Origin: Saprolegnia diclina VS20
Taxonomy: Eukaryota
NCBI RefSeq assembly: GCF_000281045.1
Contig: NW_008246104.1
Coordinates: 376,008 to 440,007 of the forward strand
Reading direction: 5' to 3'
Length of the DNA stretch: 64,000 nucleotides
Shown: piece by piece, positions 12,233 through 26,460 of the stretch
Numbering within the stretch: position 1 is the stretch's first letter
Layout: the number at the start of each line of letters is the position of its first letter
Program-made: the position numbers and the translations under genes
Notes under the pieces: generated by a model
Databases searched by the model: none
What the model was told of the DNA's origin: nothing
What the model saw: the letters and a program-made list of their open reading frames with translations, nothing else

Positions 12233-12815
12233 AGAGCTTCTTCGCTTCGTCGCGCAGCTTCAATTTCTAAAAAAATGCGTCCGATTCTATTTTTTGTTAT
12301 TAAATTATTACGATGCTGCGAAACGTCGAGGAGGCACGCAGGGCTGCATAATAAAATGATTTATAAAAAACAGGAGGCAACTCTACCGGATACAGACACG
12401 CGATGGGTGTGGAACGTCCGGATACGGTGCGGAACAGGCTCAGAATTCGCGAGACTGTGTCCCTGCTGTCCCTTCCGAGCCCGGTCCGTAGAGTGTTGAC
12501 GCGAGCCAAGTGATTTCGCGGGCTTGGTGTGCTCGACCGTTGGTGCTCACGTGGTCATTACGAAGACGTGGCATTTTCATCATCCCGCGCCTGGTCCTCC
12601 ATGGTCTGCACCCATGTAATTGGGTGCATGTAATGCAAGCCAGACTGCCATCGCGCAATGGCAGCACGCAACGTGGTGCAAATCTTGATGTGTCAACAGT
12701 GTCTGCAGCAAACTCAACACGTGACAGTGGCGCGTAAAAGTATCTTTGACGTCCGTCGTGCAAGGCGCCCGTGGAACTCGCTGTTGGCGTCAACGCTGAG
12801 GACGACGTTGACGGG

Positions 12816-14034
12816 TCATTTCGTCATTGCCTGGGCGCGGACGACGAACTGCTGGGTGTGTGGCGGCAGCTGTGCGACGTCGGCGGGTGCCATCGACAGC
12901 ACTTGTTGATAGCGCTTAGAAAACGCAACGAGCTCTTGCTGCGCTTTCGGGAGCTTCTCGAGCTGTGCTTTCGGAAGCGTTGCGAGCTTGGCAAGAAGCG
13001 CGGCCTGCCCCGTCGTCGGCTGTTTGGTGCCCTGGACATGCGCGCTGAGGCTGTCGCTCTCGTCGTGGGTACGCTGGTTGCTCGTCTGGTCCTGCAGCGA
13101 CGTCAAGACAGCGCGAATGTCGCGTCCAAACGCCTCCAGATCCCCCGCCGATGACGGCGCGTTGGCGCTCGCAACGTCCGCAACGTACTCAAGCAGTCGT
13201 CTCTGGAGCCGCTTTCTTGCCAGCGCCACAAATGGCGTCGTCGGGAGCGGCGCCTACATATATCAGGTCATCTTCCTTGGTACACGCGCCGCTCGCTCGT
13301 ACAAGAGTCGCGCGCAGGTACTTGTCCTCGATGGTTGCTGCAAACGCGGCGGGTGCGACAGCTGCCGACGTTGCACCTACGCATGCATGTGCTGCGAGTT
13401 GTACTACACGTGCATGCAGCGCACCGTCACGATCGTAGGCATCGCACTCGTCCAGCGCGGCCTTCAAGGCGCTTCGTGCGGCGGCATCGTTTGTATCTAG
13501 GATATCGAGCGATTCAGTATCGTCCGAATCAGCCCACGTTGCACTTGGCGGACCACCTGTTTCAGTGTTGGCCCCGCATGGCGGCGTTTGCGCCACCAGC
13601 GGTGGACGTGGCGATGGCGCCGACGCCTACTTGAGCAAACAATATACGCATGATGAGGTGTCGGACCGCAAGCCGTCATCGTGCAAGACGACTTGTATCG
13701 CGTGGTAAGGCCGTACCTCGAGCAAGGAATTGGAAAAGACGCGTCGTAATGGATTCTGGCTCGCACTCAAACTTGAAGACGGTGCATTTGGGGACGCACT
13801 TGGCAAAGCGCCAATAGCGAGAGGTGTCGGCACATCGCGCGGCTTGTACGTCCATGGCGTTGGCGTCGTCACGGGCGCAGTACGCCCCGCGAGCGGCCGC
13901 GCCAGATGCAACTGCTGTAGTGTCTCGTCCAAGAGAAAGAGCGTCGGGAGCTCGCCCGACGCGGTGGCATAGCGCGGCGGGGCACTCGAGGGTTTGGCTT
14001 CAAAGACAGCGTCCGCGAGCTCAAAGAGGCTCAT
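12816..14034 (-). CDS. Hypothetical protein with two C-terminal CstF-64 C-terminal-like helical repeats (multi-exon)
   Basis: Consecutive minus-strand ORFs can be linked by GT-AG introns from MSLFELADAV. The tail contains LLAKLATLPKAQLEKLPKAQQE and QVLSMAPADVAQLPPHTQQFV. The 3' end is uncertain. Confidence 0.5.
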
Positions 14035-14112
14035 TCTGTGTGGCGTAATCGTCGACCTTTTCTGAGATGCAGCTAGGGGATATAAATAGGGCCATTTCGC
14101 AAGAAACCCACG

Positions 14113-15270
14113 ATGTCGACGCTCACGTCGACGCAAATGAACGTAAAGCGCAGCTCGACGCGCGTGCACGGCCCACCCGGCGGCGCGTCCCAGCTCACCT
14201 TTGGTAGACAACGCTGTGTTTCGTAGATGGTTGACGTCACCTTCTCCCTAGGCCCGGGTGGCTTCGGCACGAATGCGCCGGCCCCCGAGCCCGACGCAGA
14301 GAACCGAGACGCCGTGCAGCGGACGGAATTTATTCCGCAAAAACCGGGTCTCCGTACACCGTACCAACAAGGCACGAGCAACAACCAGCAACAGTACTCG
14401 AACCAGCACCAAGCACCTCCACCCACCGCGCTGGCGCCACCGCAAACCGGCTATGGACGCCCGCCGCCGACGGGGTATGCACCACCATCCACAGGCTACG
14501 CACCGCCCCAGACAGCCGGTGGTTACGGGGGCTACAAGCCACCGGCGACGGGATACTCCCAGCAAGGTCAAGAGCGTCCGCAAACCATGGGATGGGGCCG
14601 AGGAGCGAGTCCGCGGACACAGCCTCCGCTGACGTCGTCGAAGCGCGATCAAAACTGGGAGAAGAAGCGACGGCAATGGCTTGCGCGCAAGACGGGCGGC
14701 TCGGGCAACTACACGAGCCATTCGTCGTCCGCATCGTCGTTTGCTCCACCGATGACGGCTGGCGGCAACAACCATTCGTATGGGAACCCACCGTCCCCGC
14801 TCTCCAAGCTTATGAACAACGTGAGCGTGGGCGGTCCCGAGTCCAACCGTGGACAGTCGTTTCCTCCGCCGCAACAATTTCGGGCACCACCATCGCAGCA
14901 ACAACAATACCAAGCACCACCGCAGCAACAGCGGTACCAGCAACCGCCACCGACGGCGTATGCGCCACCGAATCTAGGACCACCGTCGCACGCGTACGGT
15001 GGCCCCCCTCCAACGGGCTACAGTCGCGGTGGCCCGCCGCCAACCGCTGCAAGCAACTACTCGTACCAAGATCACTCGGGCTACCCACCGAGTAGCAACG
15101 GTCCCAAGCAAGGCAATAGTGTGTTTCAGCAAACAGGCGCGGCGCAGTTTGGACAGCCGCAGCAGTTCCAGCGCATGCCGACGTCTGGTTCGATGCCGCC
15201 GACGGCGTCGTCGTCGCGGTCGACGCGCCAAGCCCCCGGCGGCACGTCCAACTGGTCGCCATACGGCTAG
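14113..15270 (+). CDS. Pro/Gln/Gly/Tyr-rich protein with SPIRAL1/Jupiter(HN1)-like PGG motifs
   Basis: Exon 1 (14113-14203) encodes RSSTRVHGPPGGASQLTFG. Intron 14204-14251 joins the long ORF, which ends STRQAPGGTSNWSPYG. Confidence 0.7.
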
Positions 15271-15408
15271 TCGCACCACAATGACACGACCACACTACGA
15301 TATACATCTTGATTTCATCCTATACTCTTATTAGTGCGACTCCATTCCGCGCTTTATACTAAATACTACGTTGTCGTTTGATATACCAACCGTGTCGGTG
15401 GTGGTGGC

Positions 15409-15750
15409 CTACGCCTTTTGTATTCTCGTCTCCGAGAGGCTGCACGGCTCCATCCACACGGCGAGCGCAGCGTCGGCGTCGCGGAAGCCCGGCACAAACG
15501 CAAACTCGGCCTCGAGGAAGAGCGACTGGCGGCGCAGGTCCGTCGGGATGAGTGAAGCTTCGAGACGTTTCGACTTCTTGGTCACGAGCGGGCCAGCCTC
15601 GGCGAGCTCGAGGCTCGCGAGGTTGGCGCACGCCCGGCTCCGCTTCATGTGCGACGACGACTTGGTCAAGAGCGCGGTGCGAATTGAGTTTTGGACGACG
15701 GACGCGGGGCCGAGGCTCGGCATGACACGGCGAATTGCGGAATCCATCAT
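15409..15750 (-). CDS. Small hypothetical protein
   Basis: GC3-biased ORF MMDSAIRRVMPSLG...RIQKA flanked by AT-richer DNA. No family recognised. Confidence 0.4.
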   Translation of the reverse strand: MMDSAIRRVMPSLGPASVVQNSIRTALLTKSSSHMKRSRACANLASLELAEAGPLVTKKSKRLEASLIPTDLRRQSLFLEAEFAFVPGFRDADAALAVWMEPCSLSETRIQKA

Positions 15751-16751
15751 CGGGCCACTTTGGCCGTGTGCAGCCAAGATAGCCAGGCGGGTTTGCAACA
15801 GGGTGTTTCATACATCGTACGCGGTCCCTATATGGTGTTTAAAACGTTTTCTATTTTTGAATAATAATAGTGTCGCAGACGTGTACCGGCCAGTGATTTT
15901 ATTGCCAATACAGAAGCGGCTGCACAAGATGAATCGTGTAAAAAACAGCGGGCGGCCGCTGGATTTCAAACGCTTTTGATTTGCAGATTGTATACCGATC
16001 CCCATTTTTGAAAAAAAGTAGAAAACATGCATTTGTATCGCTCACATTGCCGTCAACGGCCCTTGAACTTCAACTTGCATTTTGCCACGCTGACGATGGT
16101 CTTTCTTTGTTGACACAACAGAAGCCAAGGCCCGTTGACGCAGCAAGCAACAGCCCGAGGACGACCACGCTTGTAGTATCTAGAACGCTATTGGCGCCTA
16201 CCGATACTACGCTGTGCTCGCACCTCTGGAGAGCACACTCCTCTGAACCGATCTGATATGGCTCGAGAGCCCATGATCACAGTGTGCTCGCTTGGCCATG
16301 CAGCGACAGGCCACGGGACCTCATTGCAGTGCGCTCGCAGCGCTACGAACGGCTTCATAACGCGCCGCATCAAGAACCATGAACGTCGGCCGTGCCGGTG
16401 GGTCGGCACAGAGACAAGCGAGTGCTCTCAGAAGCGACGCCGTTTCAAACAAAATGCATTCTCGCGCAGTGTCGTGCTGCCTGATCACACGCACGTGGCT
16501 GACGTCGACTCAGTGGACAGAGCAAGCGCGAATCCGACGACTCTCCATTTCGAATCTGGTGGCGTCATCTCCGCCGACTTGCCAGATCCACCCGCGAGCA
16601 TCTCCTTCTTGTAGTGGTACGCACAGTACCGCGCAGCAGCGTGCAGGACCCTTGCCCTGGACCAAACCCTGGATGTTATCTTAGGCTGTGCGCGCAGACA
16701 GTGTTGGTCGCTGCCGCCTTTGCAACTTTGATTCGCTGTATCCGGATCCGG

Positions 16752-18079
16752 ATGCGTCCGCGCATCTTGCTGAGCTGCTTGCCCCTTGCTCTATCATCTC
16801 GCCGGCACGCCCACCCATCGTGCTTTCGTGCATGGCGAGAGTTCGTGCCAGTCGAGGCAACATCACTGATTCGTGGCGGACCCACCACCGACGCGCTCAT
16901 GATCGACGCAAGCTGGAGCCCAGCCGAGGCGGTGCGACTGAGCCCGCGCGAGACGCTCTCGCTCCTCGCAGAAGGCGCGACGGCCTTTCATGCTCTTCTG
17001 CGCCACTCGAAGCTGGCGGCCAATAATAGCCGCATCTACCAGCCCAAGGCGTCCTGCAAGCAGTATTACATGGGCTACGCCACCACCGCAATCCAAGAGT
17101 CCTTTGTGAGCGTCCGGTCGCGCTACAAGAGTCTCATGCACCACCGCGACGAGTACTGCCGCGTCTTTGCCCTCGAAGACACGCGCATCTTGTGCGTGCT
17201 GCAGTCGCCCGGCGTTGCGCTCGGGCCGTGGCATAAGCCATCCTCAGCGCTCGTGCTTCTGCGCTGGATGGCGCGGACACCGACGCGCACGGGGTCGCGG
17301 GCGCGCGATTTTCTTGTGCTCGAGGTACGCCATGACTTTCTTGATGGCCTTTGAAGTGGATGGTGGATATGTCTAGTATATGGATACGATTGTCGACGCC
17401 AAGGGCGAGCGCAGCTACGCGCGCGTGTGGCATTCGGTGACGCATGCCGCGTTCCCGCCGCAGTACGGTTACGAGCGCCAAGTGCTTTTGCACTCGGGCG
17501 ACGTTGTCCGCGAGAGCCCCGCGGGGCGCCCCGTTTCTTGTCGCCGGCTCATGTTTCTGGACGTGCACTCGATCAAGAGCGCGCTGCCCAAGTTTGTCTT
17601 TGCCCATCTTGTACAGCGACAAGTGCGCAACCAGTACGCGTGCCACCTCGATCGACTCCTCTGGGACCACATGTCACCCGACGACGCTTTCACGGTCATT
17701 CGTTTGCTAGCCATCGCGATGCCTTATACCTGGCACAGGACAATGTTAGCGACGCCATTCTCGCGCTTGGCGGCGAAGACGACGATGTCCATATGCTCGA
17801 ATGCACGATCAAGTACGTTGCGACCGAGTGCGACCTCTGTGCCAAAGGCTTCCACTTGTTTCGTCCAAAGTACTCGTGCCTCGAGTGCGACAAGGTACGC
17901 GCGTCGTTGTGTGCCGTAGGTGACAGACAGACACGATATGGTAGACGGTGTGTCGGCGCTGCAGCCGAGGCTTCATGCAGGGCACACTGCGCAATCGAAC
18001 GATCGCAGATATGGAGGCCAGGCGCGTGTGCTTTCGGTGCTGCATTGAGAAGCGGGCAGGTGCGTCGCGCACAGCTTAA
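16752..18079 (+). CDS. START-like domain plus C-terminal FYVE-like zinc finger protein (multi-exon)
   Basis: START-like segments RDFLVLE and YARVWHSVTHAAFPP. Spliced C-terminus CDLCAKGFHLFRPKYSCLECDK/TVCRRCS...RVCFRCC gives eight Cys in FYVE spacing. Start codon uncertain. Confidence 0.6.
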
Positions 18080-19173
18080 GTTCTCCCACTAACTTACAGT
18101 ATGTATTATACCTGCGGCGCATTTGCACTGGCACCAACGGCAATCTCGAGATTCAAGTGGAAGCAAAACTCAACCAACAAATCACACTGGCTCCATGCGA
18201 TGCGGGAGCCACCGTACCCGTACTGGAAGCCGAAATATCGAAGCTTCCATGAGTTTGCCATGGCTCGAGTGACTTAGCGCTGGAAATACTGAGCTCACGA
18301 GCCTTTGTCCCAATTAATGGCCTCCGAAAGTGCGGCGGTCGGGCGGTGTTGAAGCGACGTCTCTTGGCTTCGCGTCGGAAACGGTTTGTATGGTTGACAC
18401 TGTGTATACAAACTGCCAGTGCTCAAGGTGGCGCGAGCCTTTCCGACCAGTGAAACGAGATGTAACGCCTTGTGCGCTTTGGATTGGTCGAAATGAAATC
18501 ATTTTAGCCAATAAAACGCACAACCGGTGCCACCGTTGCACGCCGTTGGTGCAAAGTGGCGGCCACCAATATTTTGGATCCGCATCATAAAATACCAGCG
18601 TCATATAAAACACCTTTACCGCGTCGTATTTCAAATATCGAGCTACTTGATACAAATATCAAATGTAGTTCGATGATGGCCGCCATCAACGTCAATATAT
18701 GGCGCGTATTCTAGAATAAAAATGCATGCCACAGTGCATTAAAATACAACGCAGAATAATATAAACACAAATGAACAATCTTGACTAGCTTTTACTATGG
18801 GAACAAGTGTATTTTTTACAGTTACGAGGTAACGCCCCCAGGTGGCCCAGATTAAATGTCTCGGAATTAAAATATCTAGTGGTTTGTATACACCACGCTG
18901 AAATATAAAGCGCCAAGGCCGCCAACGAACTAAGGTTACGAACCTCCTTCCGATTTGCTTTTGACCTGCCAAGGAAGAAACCGACGACGCGGAGGCCATC
19001 AGCGCTGGCGGAACCGCGGACGAGCAACCGACGACGTACGCAGCCCTGGAAGCGACGAGACAGACCCACGCATGTACGTGCTAGCAGGCGCGGGGCAGCG
19101 CGCTCATGGCGGCGCCGCCTCCGCGCAAGGCCATACAGGCAGGCGCTGACCCTGTCTATGCCCCGTAGTAGGC

Positions 19174-20403
19174 ATGTCGGACGAGCCCATGGACCACCGC
19201 CCCTCGAGTGGCATCACGACGCAGCATACCGAGTCCAAGCTTACGCCCGAGCCACCGAGCTCCATGGACAGCAACAGCCTCGCGCTCGAAGTACTGGCCT
19301 CGCAGATGAACCATATTGCACCGAGGGATGAGAACGACCCGATGACCGGCCACGTCGCCAAGGTGCTTCCGACGCAGCTCGCCGACTTGACCGAGATGCA
19401 GTTCCTGCGCGCCAAGGTCGCGCAGCAAGAAGACACGTTGAAGCACCTCTTGCACAACGAGCGTGTCGTGCACGACCAGCTCCAACAGATGCAAAACTGC
19501 ATTTTGTCGCTGCGCCAGGACCTCTGCCGCGTCTTGGGCCTGGCCGAAGCGACGTCAGTGACCAACGACAACGACGACGATGAGTTTACGAGCGGCAGTG
19601 CGTTGACGGCCGCCAACATCCACGACCACGACAGCGACGGCCAAGACGACGATTACGGGCCGCCGCACTCGTACTTGACACCGTCTGTACCGCCATTGCA
19701 CCACCAACCATCGTACGCACGGTCGTCTGCGTCCACGTCGCCAACGTCATCGCCTACGTCCAGCACCACCTCGTCCAAACAGAGCGCCAAGACCAAGAAA
19801 GGGGGCATCGTCAAGCTCGCTCTGGACCGGAAGCGGTCGTTCAACGGCCTCAACTACGACCCTGCCATCTCGGCCGTGCTGTTGCCAACAGAAGGGCCGT
19901 CCAAGCACGTCAAGCGCGAGCCCAAGCCCAGCACTACGGACGGCTACGACAATGAGAACGACCGCGACTCGAACGTCTCGTCACCGCGGAAGCGGGGCAA
20001 GTTTAGCAACAAGCTCGGGAAGCGCCCGTGGTCGGCGCTCGAAGACCAGGAGCTGGCGATCGCAGTGCAGACATCGGGCGCGAGCGACTGGTCGGCCATC
20101 TCGCTCCTCTTGCCGGGTCGGTGCGGAAAGCAGTGCCGCGAGCGCTGGGTCAACCACTTGAGCCCAAGCGTCAACAAGGAGGCGTGGACCGAAGAAGAAG
20201 ACGACTTGATCTTCAAGACGCGCGACCGAATTGGGAACCACTGGGCTGACATTGCGCGACTGTTGCCGGGCCGCACCGACAATGCCGTCAAGAACCGCTT
20301 CTACTCGACGATGCGCCGTCGACTGCGCCAGCAGCGCGCGAGTGCGCGGCAGAAATCGTCGTCGAAAGACGACGAGAAAAAAGAGTCGGATGGCCCGTCG
20401 TAG
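19174..20403 (+). CDS. Two-repeat (R2R3-type) Myb transcription factor
   Basis: [12 protein letters not shown]...[17 protein letters not shown] followed by [10 protein letters not shown]...[24 protein letters not shown]. Confidence 0.92.
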   Translation: MSDEPMDHRPSSGITTQHTESKLTPEPPSSMDSNSLALEVLASQMNHIAPRDENDPMTGHVAKVLPTQLADLTEMQFLRAKVAQQEDTLKHLLHNERVVHDQLQQMQNCILSLRQDLCRVLGLAEATSVTNDNDDDEFTSGSALTAANIHDHDSDGQDDDYGPPHSYLTPSVPPLHHQPSYARSSASTSPTSSPTSSTTSSKQSAKTKKGGIVKLALDRKRSFNGLNYDPAISAVLLPTEGPSKHVKREPKPSTTDGYDNENDRDSNVSSPRKRGKFSNKLGKRPWSALEDQELAIAVQTSGASDWSAISLLLPGRCGKQCRERWVNHLSPSVNKEAWTEEEDDLIFKTRDRIGNHWADIARLLPGRTDNAVKNRFYSTMRRRLRQQRASARQKSSSKDDEKKESDGPS

Positions 20404-20550
20404 GTCACGTAAGTCGACCCATCCTGCTTCCACCCCTTTTGCTTACTAGTGTCGTTGTTATACTAATACTACTACTATCGTTCGTGTCATCAACGTCTTG
20501 TTGCATGAGCCCACGGACTGGCGGTGGCACAAGATCGGTCGACGGGCTAA

Positions 20551-22005
<1,455 letters not shown>

Positions 22006-22483
22006 TAGCATCTAGACTTGGAATGAGAACGACGATTGGTGTCTTCGTTTCTCGTCAAGCGAGACTGTAGGTGAATCGCTTCCAAGGACGGGCAGACGTT
22101 GGGCAGCGCAACGATGAAGCAGCATGTCACGACCCAGTCTTCCGCGTGGCTAGCGTCCATAAGTCTTCATGACAGAGCAGGCGAAGGCTTCTTCCGTAGC
22201 ATTTGACGATGCGCAACACTATGGCCAATTTGATGCTACGGCGCAGATGATGCCATCGCCAGACACTTGTGCGAGCTACGCAAACCCGACATCGACTCGC
22301 CTTTGTACTCCAAGTCGTTGTAAAAGATACGAGTTTCATTTTCGAATCCAGTGTTGCGGTCCACGGAGCCGGCCACGTCGACAACGTCGCTGCTCGTCAA
22401 CGGCATAACCTTGCGCCGCTGCTCGACGTCTCTCTCTGGTCGGCGGCGCTAAAACATGTACTATAAGATTCGGCGCACCAGAC

Positions 22484-22614
22484 GAGGAGAATGGTCGGCG
22501 TCGTCTACCCGCGCTATCTCGCCATGTCGGATTCGCTTGGCCGCCAAAATGGAACCGTTGGGTGTTATTGGCCTTTTTGGTACTGAGAATCTATTCGCAC
22601 CCTTCTGGCGCCTG
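22484..22614 (+). repeat. Dispersed repeat A, copy 1 (about 130 bp)
   Basis: Highly similar to 47176-47306, with the identical core TCGCTTGGCCGCCAAAATGGAACCGTTGGGTGTTATTGG. Confidence 0.85.
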
Positions 22615-22862
22615 CCGGGATCATCTGCCTTGCCATACTATACGCCACAGCTATGCGCCACCGGCGGCCTCTCTCCGGTACGCTGCCACTGTCTTCTGAG
22701 CCATCTCTCTTTCAAATGACGCGCCAAGAGCAATCAGCTAGCTGCAACCGCTCGCGACTTGGCGGTCTCGTCGCTCTGCTCTGTCGATGGACCAAGAAAT
22801 CGGAGGTGCGCAAACATGATTTTGCGTTACGAAGAGCCTAAGAAGGCTGGCCGCGAGGCAGC

Positions 22863-24480
22863 CTAGACGCGGGCGCCGTAGACTTCGATCGAGCTCAAGA
22901 CCGTGTACTCCTCGCGGCCGTGGTTGGAGAGCACGTGCACGCGGATACCGTGGATCGGCGTCGTCGCCGCCTAACACCGCACACGGTAACGGTACATTGC
23001 CATGAGAGCAGTCGTCGTACCACTCCATCCAGCGCAAACGGTTGCTGGACCGCGCCATCCGCACGAAATTCGAACGTGCCAAAGTCGGTGAACTCGACGT
23101 AGTGTCGCTCCGGGTGCGCGGTCAAGCCCTACCATGTACATGCAGCTTGCGTCGTGCTAGACATGGACATATATGTACCTCGAGCTGGAGCATCTTGGGC
23201 GCCGAAGACGCGTCGGCATGCGCGTGGTCGAGCTGGACCGCGTCGACAAGAATCGGCGAGCCGAAGCGGATTGTGAGGTTCCCGGACGTCCCCGCGAGGT
23301 GCCATCCATCCGGGTTCTCGCCCGGGATCTTGAACTAGCCAAACGATCAGAAGAGAGGACCAAGAGGCTGCGTACGCTGATCGTGTTCTCGGGCGTCGTC
23401 GACATGAACTCAAACCCAAAGAAAGACGCGTCCACATGCGACGACGACGTGAGCCGCGTGGGAGACAGCACGTCCGCAATCACGCCCAGCAAGGTCGGCT
23501 TAAAGAACTCGCTACGCCAAGGTACAGTCCGAGCAACGAAGTATTCGATACCTCGCATGAGTCACGATGGCGCCGCCAAGGCTCGGGCTCGCGTAGTTGA
23601 ATCGATGCTCGGGCGTCTTGCACGTCGGCGCAGCCGCTTCCTTGACGGTCTGCAGCTTGGCCTCCTGTGGATTGTTGTTAAGCATTGTAGAACCGGGTAG
23701 TCGTGCGTACCAAGTTGAAGAGCGCCAACGTGTTGGCACGAACGCTTTCTTGGAGCGCGCTCGTGGCCTTCTCAAAGGACTGCAGCTTGGCCTCCTATAC
23801 ACCGCGATGGGCCACGTGCGACGACGACGAGCGTACCCAATGCGGATACTGCTCCGTAAGAGCACTAGCGGTGTCGCCGAGGGCAGTGGTCTTCGCAGCG
23901 AGAGTCGCGACCTTCTGCGCCACAAGAGGTTATACATCCGGTCACATCGTCGTACTCGTACCTCGCCAAACGACTCGTGCATGAAGCCCAACTGCGCGTA
24001 GATGCCGTTGCAGCAGCGCAGGTTGTCGTCGAAGGCAGTGGGCTCCGGGAACCTACACCGCCATCCTTCAGGTCGAGTCGTCCAACACGATACATACGCC
24101 GTCGGCGTGTGCTTGATGATCGAGCTGAACGCGAGAACGAGATACCAAGCGTAGAAGATGATGCACGCGGTTGCGAGGATAATAAACCACTCCTACAAAG
24201 CCGACAGGGTACGTGAGACGTGATGGGCTCCAGCAGACGGTGGAACCTGGAGCATAGCCAGCGTCGGGAGCCCTTGCTCCCAGAAGCTCGCTGTCTTGTC
24301 TTCCTCGGAGACCACGGCCTCATCTTCGGGTCCCGCTGCTTCGTCTTCGGGGCCCGCTTCGCCATGCTCGGCGAGGCCATCTGCGGTGGCGTTGTTGCCT
24401 TTGCTCGTATTGCGGTGACTGGTCGGCAGCACCGTCCAATCGAGCTGGGCGTCCGACGGGTTCGACGTGGCGTGCTGCAT
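22863..24480 (-). CDS. SUN (Sad1/UNC-84) domain membrane protein, multi-exon
   Basis: Acidic N-terminus, TM-like WFIILATACIIFY, coiled-coil-like repeats, then NYASPSLGGAIV, VQLDH...SSAPK and the terminal VLSNHGREEYTVLSSIEVYG. Confidence 0.75.
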
Positions 24481-24493
24481 CGTGACTTGGGTG

Positions 24494-24507
24494 AGACTTG
24501 AAAATGA
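24494..24507 (-). promoter_or_regulatory. Inr/FPR-like core promoter of the SUN gene
   Basis: Minus strand reads TCATTTTCAAGTCT just upstream of the ATG at 24480. Confidence 0.5.
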
Positions 24508-26460
24508 ATTCAGAAAGGAATTGGCACCTTTGCTTTCAACCCGTCTTGGGCAAGATCGCGCATACAAACACCAAGTCTAAACCTTAGGCTCTAGTTCATG
24601 TGGTCAGCTGGTTTTGTTCTTGGACGCACACGCAGACCGACTTTCGCACATTCTGTGCTGAGTGCTGGAGGTAGCCGCGGTCACACGCGCGTGGTCACGA
24701 CCTCGCCCGCATCGATGAACTTTGGAATTCGCCAAGTCAAGCTCATATATCATTCCGACACTGTTCGATCAAAATTCAAATGTACTCATTTAGGCCAATT
24801 CAGCGTGTCCCGCGCAAGAGAAAGGACCATAGGAGGAAAGCACGCAGCTGGTGGCGCAATGCAGGCCTTTTCTCTCGGACGATGCACAAGCGCGGATAGT
24901 AGGACCATTGTTTCTTGCCGTTGGTCGTACTAGCATGCAGCCTTACCGCGAGGTTGCTAGTCTGGAGTATGCTCTATTTGATGGATGCTGGAAGGAGCAC
25001 CGTGCGCAGTCGATTGCGATCGAGAGGCCGAGCGCTGATAGAGACGTAGCTTAGAGACGTCTGTCGACGGTCATGGATGCTTCGTTGAAGAAGCATATGC
25101 ACTCGATGGGCCATAAGGCAACCGTCGGCCCTTCGAACCCTCCCACTGCCGTGGCGACCGAGTAGCCTCAGAAGCGAGTGGGCATGAGTAGTACACAGCT
25201 CGGTGCGCAGTCGTCAGCTCCTCGCACGCGCACGTGTCGAGTTGAATGACGCAAAATAACCTTGTGGTGCTCCACTACGCGCTTCCATTTGTCTAGGCAG
25301 GGTTCGATGGTCTCCTCCCGGCCGTCGTGTGACCTGGAGCTCTTATAACGTTAGCTGAAGGCGGGTGTACAGGTAAAAGACGCACCGGATGATAGCAGAG
25401 ATTGGTGCTCTTCTCGACCGCGCAGATCGCATGTCAATTTGACTCCGAGTCAAATTGAAAAGAGCACCTTTGTATGGATTAGGTGCGTTTATCTTTGCTG
25501 AGAAGCAACGGCAATGCGGTTCCGAGTGCCACGTCATTGCAAGATCCCCAGCGTTTCATGCAAGCTTTCACAACGATGAAATCAAAGAGTCGGCGTCCGT
25601 TCATCAAGCTCCGGTAATCGCGGTTCTCGATTGTCGTCGCTGCAATGGGGCGAAGCGCGCCAGCAACTAACTTACCTCTCGGGCACGTGGTCGAAAAGAC
25701 ACACCGGCACTACCACACGACAGAGCATAGAGCTAGCCTCCGACTCTACAACCTGGTGTGAGTGTCGTGATGGTACGTTTGCAGCACGTACCAATGGAGA
25801 TGCTGTGGCCGGGCGACCCGATAGCATTGTGCGCCGAGTGCAGTCTGGAGGCAAGCTCATGGTGTATATCTGCAAAAGAATCGCAAATGAGAAAAGACCG
25901 CCGTGCACGCGAGGTTGCGTCTTCTCGACACCGACTAAGAGAGGCGTATCGGGCGTAGTATCGTACTACAGGCGCATCGCAGTCGATGCGAAGCCAGGGT
26001 CTTCCTCCAATCGGGGAGCCCCCGCCGAGCACGTCGTGTAGCCCAAGCTCGAACGTTTGTCTTGGCGGATGACTATCGAGCTGCTACACCCAGAGAAAGG
26101 TCCGTGTGTTGTCGTGATCGTGCGGCCAAGACGTGCGTGGTGTTGGCGAGCTCGCGCGAGCTACAGGATTCGATGGCCTTGGTCGAGTTGAGTAGCACCA
26201 CGACCAGCGCATGCGACCGTTCAACGAGCTAGCAGGATGGAGACGAAGCGACGTACCCAGGACGGACCGCGCAACGCTGTGACCACACGGCCAGCCATGG
26301 CGGCCCATGCCCACGCCGATGACGCTGGAATGAAGTCACACTATATAACATCTACACTATTTCGAAAAATACAGTGTTTTGGAATGCAGTGGATTCCGAA
26401 ATGCTGGCGTGGTCATCTCATTATTTGGCAGGCGCGCTTGGCAGCGACAAGAGAAGACGC

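Noticed and set aside
24600..26400. Scattered short ORFs between the SUN and ankyrin genes (likewise 45000-45850 and 48180-49200)
   Set aside because: No codon bias, consistent splice pattern or family motif recognised.
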